A stretch of DNA of 25,240 bases from a virus. Position numbers and translations under genes: made by a program. This document shows positions 1 to 9,053 of the stretch, piece after piece. The notes beneath the pieces were generated by a model that was given only the letters and a program-made list of their open reading frames with translations, had not been told where the DNA came from and ran no database searches. The DNA is taken from IMG/VR virus record IMGVR_UViG_3300019487_000022, positions 1 through 25,240 of that record. One strand, given 5' to 3'. Numbering within the stretch: position 1 is the first letter of the stretch; every line of letters starts with the position of its first letter.

Positions 1-275
1 CTATAAAGATTACTGGTTGGACCAATCCAATCAGCGATAGTAAAAGATTGAGAAAAATTTGGAAGCCCGGTCCCGCTATAACCAGAATAACCACTTGGGC
101 CAGAGTATCCAGAATAACCTGATTTACCACTATAACCACTTGTTCCTGCGGCAGTTGCATTAACCCACTTGTTAGAACCAGAATCATATGTCAAGACTTC
201 TTGATCTTGTACATTAATAATTCTAACATCGCGAAGTTTAATGAGTTTATCGAATAGACGGACTAAATCTGGCAT
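1..275 (-). CDS. Partial (runs off window) Ser-Gly-Tyr repeat protein with tail-fibre-like N-terminal motif
   Basis: Not in the ORF track; read by hand. ATG at 275 gives MPDLVRLFDKLIKLRDVRIINVQDQEVLTYDSGSNKWVNATAAGTSGYSGKSGYSGYSGPSGYSGYSGTGLPKFSQSF..., open to base 1. The LxDV...VLTYD...KWVN segment resembles motifs of phage fibre proteins. Preceded by the promoter motif. Confidence 0.75.
   Translation of the reverse strand, partial: MPDLVRLFDKLIKLRDVRIINVQDQEVLTYDSGSNKWVNATAAGTSGYSGKSGYSGYSGPSGYSGYSGTGLPNFSQSFTIADWIGPTSNLY
72..146 (-). repeat. Coding (S-G-x)n collagen-like repeat
   Basis: GTSGYSGKSGYSGYSGPSGYSGYSG: Gly at every third residue with varied synonymous codons. Confidence 0.9.
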
Positions 276-284
276 CTTAGTTAT

Positions 285-311
285 TTTCCCAAGATGATTT
301 ATAAATCCTTT
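285..311 (-). promoter_or_regulatory. Putative alternative-sigma promoter (variant copy)
   Basis: AAAGGA-N15-GGGAAA ending 9 nt before ATG 275; same spacing as the other copies but a divergent -10 box. Confidence 0.4.
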
Positions 312-331
312 AGTTTTACAGCCTTAGTGGT

Positions 332-799
332 CTACTTATTTTTAATAAGCGAAATGATAGAAGATACTACTTTTTTAGCGTCTACAAATACTTTTTCATC
401 ATAGGTTTCAGCTTCCCAACAATCGAATTGAAATCTTCTTAAATACATAGGGTCTTTTAATAAATTTATATTTGTATCATATCCGAATATAGATGGGTCA
501 GACTTTCCCCAAACTACAACCCCAGGTTTTTTATAATGAGATGCAAAATGAGGAAAGAAATTGTCAACTGAACACCATGTTGATGCTTTATCTAAAATTT
601 CTGCTAGATAATCAAACGATTGTCCTAAGATACACTCATCCGCATCAATTGGCTCCTCCCCGAAATATCCAACTTGTATAACTTTTACGTTATTCTGTTT
701 AAGTTCTTTTACTACTTCATTCCAATAGGGATAATTTTTAGGATTTTTACCTTCTCTTCGTAATGGTTTTGACCAAGGTGCAATAATAACAGACGACAT
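332..799 (-). CDS. GT9 (heptosyltransferase-like) C-terminal nucleotide-sugar-binding half
   Basis: KNYPYWNEVVKEL...VIQVG and CSVDNFFPHFASHYKKPGVVVWG match the GT9 K-wp/D-x4-H-x-A...P-x4-G motifs. It has its own AAGGA RBS. Confidence 0.75.
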   Translation of the reverse strand: MSSVIIAPWSKPLRREGKNPKNYPYWNEVVKELKQNNVKVIQVGYFGEEPIDADECILGQSFDYLAEILDKASTWCSVDNFFPHFASHYKKPGVVVWGKSDPSIFGYDTNINLLKDPMYLRRFQFDCWEAETYDEKVFVDAKKVVSSIISLIKNK

Positions 800-810
800 A
801 TTATATATCC

Positions 811-1836
811 TTACTTATACATCTCTAAAAAGGCTTGGTATAATTTACCTTTCCAATTCCTATCCCACATCCATTTGTAAACATTATATCTATCTTGACT
901 TGGATCTATTAACTGGGCTTCTGCTATACTAATAATATTTAAATCTTTTTCATCTTTAAATATTTCTGGTGTACAAAGAGCCAATGTAATCTTTTTATGA
1001 ATCTTTTTTAATTCTGGCAGAACATGTTTAAATGCAAAATGATCTCCAATTCCATTATCTAAAACAATAAGTTTTGAATCATTTAGAATGTCGTATTTTC
1101 TCAATTCTCGCCTAAATATATCTTCATCATGATCCCATAATTTTGAATCATTATAACTTCTAATACCACCTGATGGATCTCTTAAATGCCATGTTAAAGC
1201 ATTAGGCTCAACTAATAGCTTATAACCTTTCCTTTTTATCTCATATGTAAATAACGTTTCTTCTCTGTGTCCTACAGGGGATAGTACCAAATTATATTCT
1301 GCTATTCCTTTACGATATAAAAAAGTATTATGCAAATGATCAACTTCTATTACTCTATCAAACTTACTCCATTGTACATTTCCTTTTGTGCTAATATCTT
1401 CTATTTTTCCTGAACATGAAGAAAAAGGAATAACCGGATGAGAAGGAGTCCATACTAATCCTCCAACAGCTCCTATGTCTGGTTGTATTAACTTCATTAA
1501 CCTTTCCAAAACATTAGGTTCTGGTACATCATCATCATCTATTCTCCAGATCCAATCTGTGCTAGATAAAATTTGAGCCTTATGATGATTGAGAACTTGA
1601 CCTTTTCTTTCGCCATAAATTACTTGTAAATCTATATTTTTTAAATGTAAAACTGTAAATATATTTTGGTATGTTGGATCATTTCTTAAATCTTTTTGTT
1701 CTCCATCATCAAAAACAAGTATCTTTTTAGGACGACGGGTTTGATTTGCAACAGCCATTAGAGCCATAGGAAGAGTTGTATAATATCTATCCTTAGTTGA
1801 TATACTGACTGTAACAGTAGGCTCTATTTTTAACAT
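811..1836 (-). CDS. GT2 glycosyltransferase fused to a GT9 N-terminal half
   Basis: GT-A motifs VFDDG, RIDDDD, HREET. The C-terminal ~90 aa LIVLDNGIGDHFAFKHVLPELKK resembles the GT9 N-terminal GD motif. Confidence 0.8.
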   Translation of the reverse strand: MLKIEPTVTVSISTKDRYYTTLPMALMAVANQTRRPKKILVFDDGEQKDLRNDPTYQNIFTVLHLKNIDLQVIYGERKGQVLNHHKAQILSSTDWIWRIDDDDVPEPNVLERLMKLIQPDIGAVGGLVWTPSHPVIPFSSCSGKIEDISTKGNVQWSKFDRVIEVDHLHNTFLYRKGIAEYNLVLSPVGHREETLFTYEIKRKGYKLLVEPNALTWHLRDPSGGIRSYNDSKLWDHDEDIFRRELRKYDILNDSKLIVLDNGIGDHFAFKHVLPELKKIHKKITLALCTPEIFKDEKDLNIISIAEAQLIDPSQDRYNVYKWMWDRNWKGKLYQAFLEMYK

Positions 1837-1838
1837 AA

Positions 1839-2528
1839 TTATCTTATATTGTGTTTTTCAATAAATCTCTTATATATATCGTCAGTTCTCTTTGAAGCCA
1901 TATTCCCCTCATTTTTTACAATATATTTAATAAATTCTAATGAGTTCTTTTTTATTTTATACCCTGCTTTAGCGATTCTTACCCACATATCCCAATCTTC
2001 TATAGAGTTTAAATTACTATCAAAGTTCCCAACACTAAGACATTTTACCTTATGTAAAACGCTCGATATATAAATAAAATTGGATTTAATTAACATATCC
2101 ATTCCTGGATAAATATCAGGATTAGATATTCCATAAGGAATAGCTGGACTCCCATCCACAAATTCATTTATTGCATCAGAATAAACTAAATCACAATCTT
2201 CTATTGCTTTTAATTGAGAACTTAAATAATGTTCTCCCCATCTATCATCTGCATCGCAATATGCTACGTATTTAAAAAATGAATCTTGTCTTATTAAATC
2301 TAGTGCTGCATTTCTAGCTGAACTAACCCCACCATTTTCTTTATTTATAATTTTAACTCTTTTAGTAATATCTCGCCCCAATATATTTTGAGCTTTATTT
2401 TCTTCTTTAGATCCATCATCAATTAAAAACAACTTCCAGTTTAAATAACTTTGCCCCAGTATAGATATAACAGACTTTAATAGCAAGTCTTTATCATTAT
2501 AATAAGGCATTACTATTGCAACATTCAT
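1839..2528 (-). CDS. GT2 glycosyltransferase
   Basis: IVMPYYN, IDDGS, NGGVSSARN, YCDADD, EDWDMW. Start placed at ATG 2528, 1 nt after the upstream TAG. Confidence 0.92.
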   Translation of the reverse strand: MNVAIVMPYYNDKDLLLKSVISILGQSYLNWKLFLIDDGSKEENKAQNILGRDITKRVKIINKENGGVSSARNAALDLIRQDSFFKYVAYCDADDRWGEHYLSSQLKAIEDCDLVYSDAINEFVDGSPAIPYGISNPDIYPGMDMLIKSNFIYISSVLHKVKCLSVGNFDSNLNSIEDWDMWVRIAKAGYKIKKNSLEFIKYIVKNEGNMASKRTDDIYKRFIEKHNIR

Positions 2529-2529
2529 C

Positions 2530-5500
2530 CTATTTCTTTTCAATCAAAGCTAAAAATAACCCGTTATGCCATTTTCCATATGCTGTTTTGCCATCTTCCC
2601 ATTCAGAATTCAAAAGAGGTACAGGCAAATAAACTTCATGTATTATTGATATCTGATTATCTTTAATCAGATCCTTTAAAGAATCCTGCGTACCTTTTTT
2701 AACACTTGGCCACTCATAATCATCTACAATAAAGAGAAATCTCTTTGCCATAGCAGGTAGGGCAAATTTTAAAGCCTTATATTGGTCTTCGTATGTATGA
2801 TTTCCATCAAATAAATACATATTAATTGGTGGAAGATTTTGTATATCTATCTTAAAAAAATCATTTTCAATCAGCGTACAATCGTTATCTCCACCAAATG
2901 TATTAACATTATGTATTAATTCATCTTTAGCATGAATAAACTGTTTATTCTGTCTCTGAGTAAAATCACTAAATAAACTAAAATCGTCTACAATATAGCA
3001 TATACCCATTTTATTATTAGATAAAACGGAACAACAAGTACTTCCTCTCCAACAACCAACCTCCAAGTAATTTAATCCACTACAAGAACCTAAATTATTT
3101 AATAAATGCCTATTAGTTGTGCTAGACATGCCTTCTATTGTTAGAACATCAGGATTTATATTAGATATTCCTTGTTCTGCACGATATACACAATCATCAA
3201 TAAAAGCAGGAGTTAACGATGTTTGATTAGTAAACAGGTTGTCTTCTTTAGTTGATTTTTGAAATAACAGACCTTTAGTTATTAAATTAGATTGATTCTC
3301 AGATACAAAATTTGGATATGTAGAGTCTATATCAACAAATTCAAATTGATATCCTGATCTGTTAAATATATCTATCCCCTGTTCTATATTTTTATTAATA
3401 TTATCTTTATTATCTAAATCAGGGAATTTAACTTCTTGATGTGCCCAGGATTTTAATTTTTCTAAAATTACATCTCCCCCGCCCATCCAACTAAAATGCC
3501 ATCCGCCATTAGAGATTTTTTGACTCTCAGTACACTCTCTGTATCTTAAATCTGTTGTATTCAATCCAAATCTCTTCATATTTCCATACGTTGTTATGCG
3601 ACTAAATACGCCTGGCTTTATTTCATCCTTTCCTGCTTTTAAATTAAGATAAAAATTATACAAAGTCTGTTCAAAATACATCCAATCTTGTTGTGGGTTA
3701 TACTCTTTTATTTTCTCACCTCTAGGTATTTCATCTATATCAGATAGAATAATAATATCTTCATCTGAACAATTTTGCAGAGCATTCATTATATAATTTC
3801 TTTGATAATGCTCTATTACCCAAGGATCAGGATCGTAAACCAATGGTGCTATTAAATGAATTATCTTAGACTCAAAATTTTTAAATCTATCTTTATTATT
3901 CTTAAAATATAATGGCTTATGTATTCCCGTATGAGTTGTTGCCATCTCGCAAATAACAAATTTATCAACATAAGGATCTAATTCATTTAATCTTATTTCT
4001 AATAGGTCTAACTCATTAAAAAATGTAAAACAATCATATACTTTTCTTTGTGTCTTCTGCTGGGGTACAATTTGAGGTTGTGATTTATGATAAATATATC
4101 CTTTTTTATCATAATACTCCATATTGCAGAGCAAATATAAAGGATAACTATCATCTATATCAACGATTGTATATTGAATGCCTCTGTGATATAAATCTGT
4201 CGCATTTTCTAATGAATGAATAATATTATCATCATTATTAAACTGAGGTATATTTAGTTCTGTATGAACATAGGAAGTTATCTTTTGTTTTATAAACTCT
4301 TTGTCGCCGATAAAACTAAAATGCCAACCCGCGTTTTGTATTGTGTGTTTAAAATCATAGTCTCTAGTAGTACGAAAAGAATCTATATCACAATTTTTAG
4401 CTTCTGAATAAGGGAAAATTCTGGCTTTATACCATCCGTCCAAAACTTCATAATTCAATTTATAACAAAATAATCGTAAATGAAGACATGTCAATCCCAT
4501 AGAAGGTCTGTATTTATCTATAACAGAAGCCTTGGGAATCTCATCAGCGTCTGTCATAATAATAATGTCATCATCATGGCAATCTACTAAACCACGTTTA
4601 ATAGCATTTCTTTGAAATGTTTCATTAGAATACGAATCTCCAGGAGGGAATTCATCAATTACTACATGTCTAACTTTCGGTAAGAATTGTTCAAATCTAG
4701 ACAAATTTTCTGCAAAATATAATGGTTTAGGTAATCCAGAATGCGTGAATCTAGACTCCACAATAACAAAATAATCTACAGTGTTATAAAGTTCATTAAA
4801 CCTTAACTCTAAAATATCCAATTCATTAAAAAACATAAAACAGTCATATATTTTAGATCTTCTAACTCCCTTTTCAACATACCAGGAGCTGGAATAAGAC
4901 TTAACTTCTTCCCCGAATATTTCATCTACTGCTTTCTTTACATCAGCACAATAAGGATAATCATGACCTCCAATAATACCATTGGATTTTAATTTAGGTA
5001 GCCATGCTGATATATCATTTTTCACCGATTCATAATCATGACTAGCATCTATAAATATTAAATCTGCACAATTGTTTGCCAACATACTAGCTGCAGAAAC
5101 TGATTCAGTTCTAAATATAGTTAGATATTCGTTTAATCCAAACCTATCAATGTTGTTAATAAATTCTTGATATATATCTGATTTTTTAGCTTCCTCAGCA
5201 TGAGTTGTTCCACCTTTAAACGTATCAACCGCATAAACTTTTAATTTCTTTGCTTTAATTATATCTGCCAAAGAGCATAAACTTCTGCCTTTCCAATTCC
5301 CAATTTCAATTATTATTCCCCCATCAGGAACTTTAGAAACATACTCTCGATACAAATCAATATCAAGGTCAGAAAACCATCCATCCGGCAATTCTTTATC
5401 ATTAATACGTTCTAATACTGTCATACCATTATTATTAGTTAAATGCTCTTTTATACGCCAATTTTTATTACTATCTAAAAATTCATCAATCGCTCGTTTT

Positions 5501-8466
5501 AATCCTGTTCCAGGACCACCTGGCCATCCGCCATAATAATCCCCTTGCATTCCTTCTTCTGCATGAAATACTGTATCATGTAAGATAATATATTTTTTAA
5601 CCTTACCTGTATGTAATTTTAACTCACTTTTCAATTGGTCATAACAGTGAATTGTATCAATAAATAACAAATCTGTAGGCTCTATATCAGCCTCTAACAC
5701 ATCTTTTTGAATAAAACGAAAATCTATATTTTCTTCTCTCGCTAAATCTATTAACTTATCTACTTCATCTTCTTTATGCCAATCATAAGAAATTAAACGC
5801 TTAGGTTTTGCTGATAAAAACGCCAAAGTAGATTGTCCATGCCTTACACCAAATTCAGTAACATGATCGCAAATTTCCGCATATCTTTTTAATATTGGTA
5901 GGTGTTCATTTATATCACTGGAAGTATCTTGACACGCTTGTTTATATCTATAGTCAAGACTATCTTTATTTACAAGATTTACATTCTCTAAAATTGTTAA
6001 GCCGTTGTTGTTTTCATAAATTTCTTTTATTTTCCACTGGGTATTGTTTATTAAAAACTCTTCAATTGCATCTTTTAGCCCCTTATTAACAGATTCATCA
6101 AACGATAAAGATAATCCATCTCCAGATACGCTTTTATGATCGAAAGTCTTAGTATCATGCATTATAATATACTTACTTACTTTTGAAGCATGAAGATTTA
6201 ATTCTGTTAAAAGATGAGAATAAGAATGATAAGTATCAATAAATAACAAGTCGGTATTTTCTATATTTATTTTAGATGTATCCCCTTGAATAAAAGATAA
6301 TTTAATTTGTTCTCTTTTTGCAGCATCTATCGCAAATTCTATTTTTGGACAAGATCTCAAATCATATGAAACCATTGTTTTTGGCATGCCAGCCAAAAGA
6401 CCCCATGTTGAGACAACCTCACGTACTCCAAATTCTGTTATATGTTCACATTGCTGAGCATATAATTTTAATATAGGAAGATGTTCATTTATATCACTTG
6501 GAGTATCTTTATATTCTGTATACTTTCTTTCTATTGTGCTTTTAAAATTATGCTTTGCTTTAAGATAATCTAGAGAAGATTTCGTTCTTTCGTTTTTTAG
6601 TAACGGAAGATTTTGTTTTTCTCTTTCTGTGGTATCTCCATAAATACGACTAAAAGTAGCTCCACCACAATGACGAATAGGAAATATATCAAACTTTTCA
6701 TCTATCTTTGTAAATTCTGTATTATATTCTACATTATGCGGAACCTGTACTATATTATATCCAGCATTCCTAGCTCTAATACTAAAATCTACATCTTCAT
6801 AATATCCTTCTCCAAAGTTTTCATCTAATATGCCAATATTGTCAAATACTTCTCTTTTTATCATGACACAAAAGAAAAGAATATACTCTCCCTGGGCTTC
6901 ATCTAACCAAGATTTTTTTACTCCTGTTATTCCTACTTTACTGTCGCCCTTAAAAGGTTCTTCTAATAACGAAAGCCAAGTATCTTTACTTACCCATGCA
7001 TCGTTATTTAAAAGTATTATATACTCACCTGAAGATTCTTTTATACCAGCATTCGTAGGTTTTATATATCCTGCAGCATCCGGCATAACAATAACTTTAA
7101 AAGGATGCCCTAATTTATTTACATATTCTTCAGTTCCGTCTGTGCAGCCATTAGCAACAACAATTACTTCTATATTTGATAAATCTGTATATTTTTTTAT
7201 ACTTTCTAAACACGGTACTAAACAATCATGCAAATGATTATAAGTAGGGATAACTATAGAATATTTTACCTTTTGAGATATATTATGATTAACAGGCTTA
7301 TAAGCCTCAATTCTCATATTATAACCCCAATGCCATTTAAAAACAGGATCCAATTTACTGACTTTAGTAAAATTGTTACTTATTAAATGATCTTTTAATA
7401 TCTCTTCATACCAACCAAACAAATGAGGGTTACTCACATTTGGGTCATAAACTGTTGTCCCGTAAATACAATTAAGAAGTGTGTATCTTTCGTTTTTATT
7501 AGATTTTTCAAAATTACGACACAATTCTAGAATATCAGGTAATTCTAAAATGAGTTTACCACCAGGAACTAAAACCCTATTCCATTCTTTTAAAATATCA
7601 TTTGCTTGAAAACAGGAAAAATGTTCAAATAGATGAAATGCAGCAATTTCATCAACACTATTATCTGGATAATCTAAATGTCTAACATCCATTTGTTTTT
7701 GAGCAAGTGGGTTATACAAATCTATATTTACATATCCAGGTAATAAAATACTTCCGCAACCTAAATTTAACTTAAGTTTTTGACTATATCTTTCATGTAG
7801 TATTTTTTCATTTCTATCTACGATACTGTCCCATCCTTTTACGCCATGAACAGTAATACTAGATTTATGCCATATTGGAAATTGAATTTCATGGTCAGTT
7901 ATTTCTCTTTCGTTTTTAAAAGTAACATCATTAGGGACTTGTAATATACGATATCCTGCTAATCTAACTTTATGGCAATAATCTATATCTTCACCATAAC
8001 CTGGATTAAAAGATTCATCCAACAATCCGATTTCCTGTATAATTTTTCTACTTATCATTACACAGAAAAATAATAAGAAATCACATTTAGTTCCAACATG
8101 AAAATCTTTAGCAGCGCCCGTCATCCCAACTGAAGCATCTTTTGCAAAAGGATCTGACAATATTTTTAACCACAAATTTTTCTCTGAATCTAAAATAACA
8201 TTGTCATTATTTAAGAGTATTATATAATCACCAGAAGATGCTTTTATCCCCTCATTGGTTGCTTTTGTATATCCTGCTGGCTCATCAATCCATATAAGTT
8301 TTAATCCTAAAGATTCTACATATGATTTGGTTTCATCCGTACAACCATTAGCAACAACTATAATCTCTACATCTTTCAAATCAGTATTTTTAATAATACT
8401 ATCAAGACATGGCTTTAAACAGTCATAAAAGTGATTATAAGTAGGGATAATTATAGAATAGCGCAT
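2530..8466 (-). CDS. ~1978-aa multidomain glycosyltransferase/methyltransferase (GT2-MT-GT2-MT-MT-MT-GT17-GT17-MT)
   Basis: ATG 8466 with an AGGAAG RBS. Approximate domains: GT2 8466-7790; MT (LNLGCG) 7775-7300; GT2 7270-6560; Methyltransf_24-like 6500-5985 and 5920-5405 (SDINEHLP, EFGVR, LFIDT); MT 5390-4875 (EIGNWKGRS, FIDASH); GT17-like 4855-4100 and 4045-3260 (YDCFxFFNELD, DxDEIP, GWHFS); MT 3200-2530 (EVGCWRGS, FDGNH). Confidence 0.9.
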   Translation of the reverse strand: MRYSIIIPTYNHFYDCLKPCLDSIIKNTDLKDVEIIVVANGCTDETKSYVESLGLKLIWIDEPAGYTKATNEGIKASSGDYIILLNNDNVILDSEKNLWLKILSDPFAKDASVGMTGAAKDFHVGTKCDFLLFFCVMISRKIIQEIGLLDESFNPGYGEDIDYCHKVRLAGYRILQVPNDVTFKNEREITDHEIQFPIWHKSSITVHGVKGWDSIVDRNEKILHERYSQKLKLNLGCGSILLPGYVNIDLYNPLAQKQMDVRHLDYPDNSVDEIAAFHLFEHFSCFQANDILKEWNRVLVPGGKLILELPDILELCRNFEKSNKNERYTLLNCIYGTTVYDPNVSNPHLFGWYEEILKDHLISNNFTKVSKLDPVFKWHWGYNMRIEAYKPVNHNISQKVKYSIVIPTYNHLHDCLVPCLESIKKYTDLSNIEVIVVANGCTDGTEEYVNKLGHPFKVIVMPDAAGYIKPTNAGIKESSGEYIILLNNDAWVSKDTWLSLLEEPFKGDSKVGITGVKKSWLDEAQGEYILFFCVMIKREVFDNIGILDENFGEGYYEDVDFSIRARNAGYNIVQVPHNVEYNTEFTKIDEKFDIFPIRHCGGATFSRIYGDTTEREKQNLPLLKNERTKSSLDYLKAKHNFKSTIERKYTEYKDTPSDINEHLPILKLYAQQCEHITEFGVREVVSTWGLLAGMPKTMVSYDLRSCPKIEFAIDAAKREQIKLSFIQGDTSKINIENTDLLFIDTYHSYSHLLTELNLHASKVSKYIIMHDTKTFDHKSVSGDGLSLSFDESVNKGLKDAIEEFLINNTQWKIKEIYENNNGLTILENVNLVNKDSLDYRYKQACQDTSSDINEHLPILKRYAEICDHVTEFGVRHGQSTLAFLSAKPKRLISYDWHKEDEVDKLIDLAREENIDFRFIQKDVLEADIEPTDLLFIDTIHCYDQLKSELKLHTGKVKKYIILHDTVFHAEEGMQGDYYGGWPGGPGTGLKRAIDEFLDSNKNWRIKEHLTNNNGMTVLERINDKELPDGWFSDLDIDLYREYVSKVPDGGIIIEIGNWKGRSLCSLADIIKAKKLKVYAVDTFKGGTTHAEEAKKSDIYQEFINNIDRFGLNEYLTIFRTESVSAASMLANNCADLIFIDASHDYESVKNDISAWLPKLKSNGIIGGHDYPYCADVKKAVDEIFGEEVKSYSSSWYVEKGVRRSKIYDCFMFFNELDILELRFNELYNTVDYFVIVESRFTHSGLPKPLYFAENLSRFEQFLPKVRHVVIDEFPPGDSYSNETFQRNAIKRGLVDCHDDDIIIMTDADEIPKASVIDKYRPSMGLTCLHLRLFCYKLNYEVLDGWYKARIFPYSEAKNCDIDSFRTTRDYDFKHTIQNAGWHFSFIGDKEFIKQKITSYVHTELNIPQFNNDDNIIHSLENATDLYHRGIQYTIVDIDDSYPLYLLCNMEYYDKKGYIYHKSQPQIVPQQKTQRKVYDCFTFFNELDLLEIRLNELDPYVDKFVICEMATTHTGIHKPLYFKNNKDRFKNFESKIIHLIAPLVYDPDPWVIEHYQRNYIMNALQNCSDEDIIILSDIDEIPRGEKIKEYNPQQDWMYFEQTLYNFYLNLKAGKDEIKPGVFSRITTYGNMKRFGLNTTDLRYRECTESQKISNGGWHFSWMGGGDVILEKLKSWAHQEVKFPDLDNKDNINKNIEQGIDIFNRSGYQFEFVDIDSTYPNFVSENQSNLITKGLLFQKSTKEDNLFTNQTSLTPAFIDDCVYRAEQGISNINPDVLTIEGMSSTTNRHLLNNLGSCSGLNYLEVGCWRGSTCCSVLSNNKMGICYIVDDFSLFSDFTQRQNKQFIHAKDELIHNVNTFGGDNDCTLIENDFFKIDIQNLPPINMYLFDGNHTYEDQYKALKFALPAMAKRFLFIVDDYEWPSVKKGTQDSLKDLIKDNQISIIHEVYLPVPLLNSEWEDGKTAYGKWHNGLFLALIEKK

Positions 8467-8486
8467 GTTTTTGTTTCTTCCTAAAG

Positions 8487-8513
8487 AATCGACACAAAAA
8501 CTATGGCTACTTA
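8487..8513 (-). promoter_or_regulatory. Putative alternative-sigma promoter
   Basis: TAAGTA-N15-TCGATT, 20 nt upstream of the megaenzyme ATG. Confidence 0.55.
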
Positions 8514-8525
8514 AGCGTTTATTAG

Positions 8526-8966
8526 TTAAGGCTCTGCTTTTTCTACTTGCGGAGTTTCTTTCTCGACTTGCTGAGTTTTTTGAACGTCGCCAAACCAAAA
8601 TTCCTCAATCCATTCATTTAAACCTAACCCCCAGAGTTTTAACCCAAATAACAAAGCAACTAAGAAAAATAAAGCCAGCATTTTAGCTCTTAATGATCTT
8701 AATTGTTCAAATATTCCTATTCTACCGTTACCTCTCAAAGCTTCATCTACAGCATCTAATTTGTTATTTATTTTATTCTCTACAGTTTGTATTTGATTAC
8801 TAGTTTCTTCAGAGTAATTTTTCAATTCATCTTTTATCTCTGAAAATCCAGTATCTATCCTTTTATCAATACGGACTAATTCTCTATCGTATTGTTCTTT
8901 AATAAGATTTAACAATGTTTGAGTATAAGGATCGTTAAAATTGTTCTTTTCTGGATCTGTTGGCAT
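8526..8966 (-). CDS. Coiled-coil protein with C-terminal transmembrane helix (phage membrane protein, possibly lysis-associated)
   Basis: Helical N-terminus, LRGNGRIG motif, then hydrophobic MLALFFLVALLFGLKLWGLGL. Confidence 0.6.
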   Translation of the reverse strand: MPTDPEKNNFNDPYTQTLLNLIKEQYDRELVRIDKRIDTGFSEIKDELKNYSEETSNQIQTVENKINNKLDAVDEALRGNGRIGIFEQLRSLRAKMLALFFLVALLFGLKLWGLGLNEWIEEFWFGDVQKTQQVEKETPQVEKAEP

Positions 8967-9012
8967 AGCGTTAGCCCACTTTAATAAATATTCGTATATG
9001 CCTCATTTCCAC

Positions 9013-9046
9013 AAATTTAAAGCAACTTCCTATGTACTTTAAATTT
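9013..9046 (-). terminator. AT-rich hairpin after the subtilase gene, possible terminator
   Basis: AAATTTAAAG...CTTTAAATTT inverted repeat; extends by a G-U pair on the minus strand. Confidence 0.35.
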
Positions 9047-9053
9047 ATTAGAT

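Noticed and set aside
8467-8598. 44-aa N-terminal extension of the megaenzyme given in the ORF track
   Set aside because: Overlaps the upstream gene and the promoter motif; ATG 8466 has an RBS and begins the GT2 domain.
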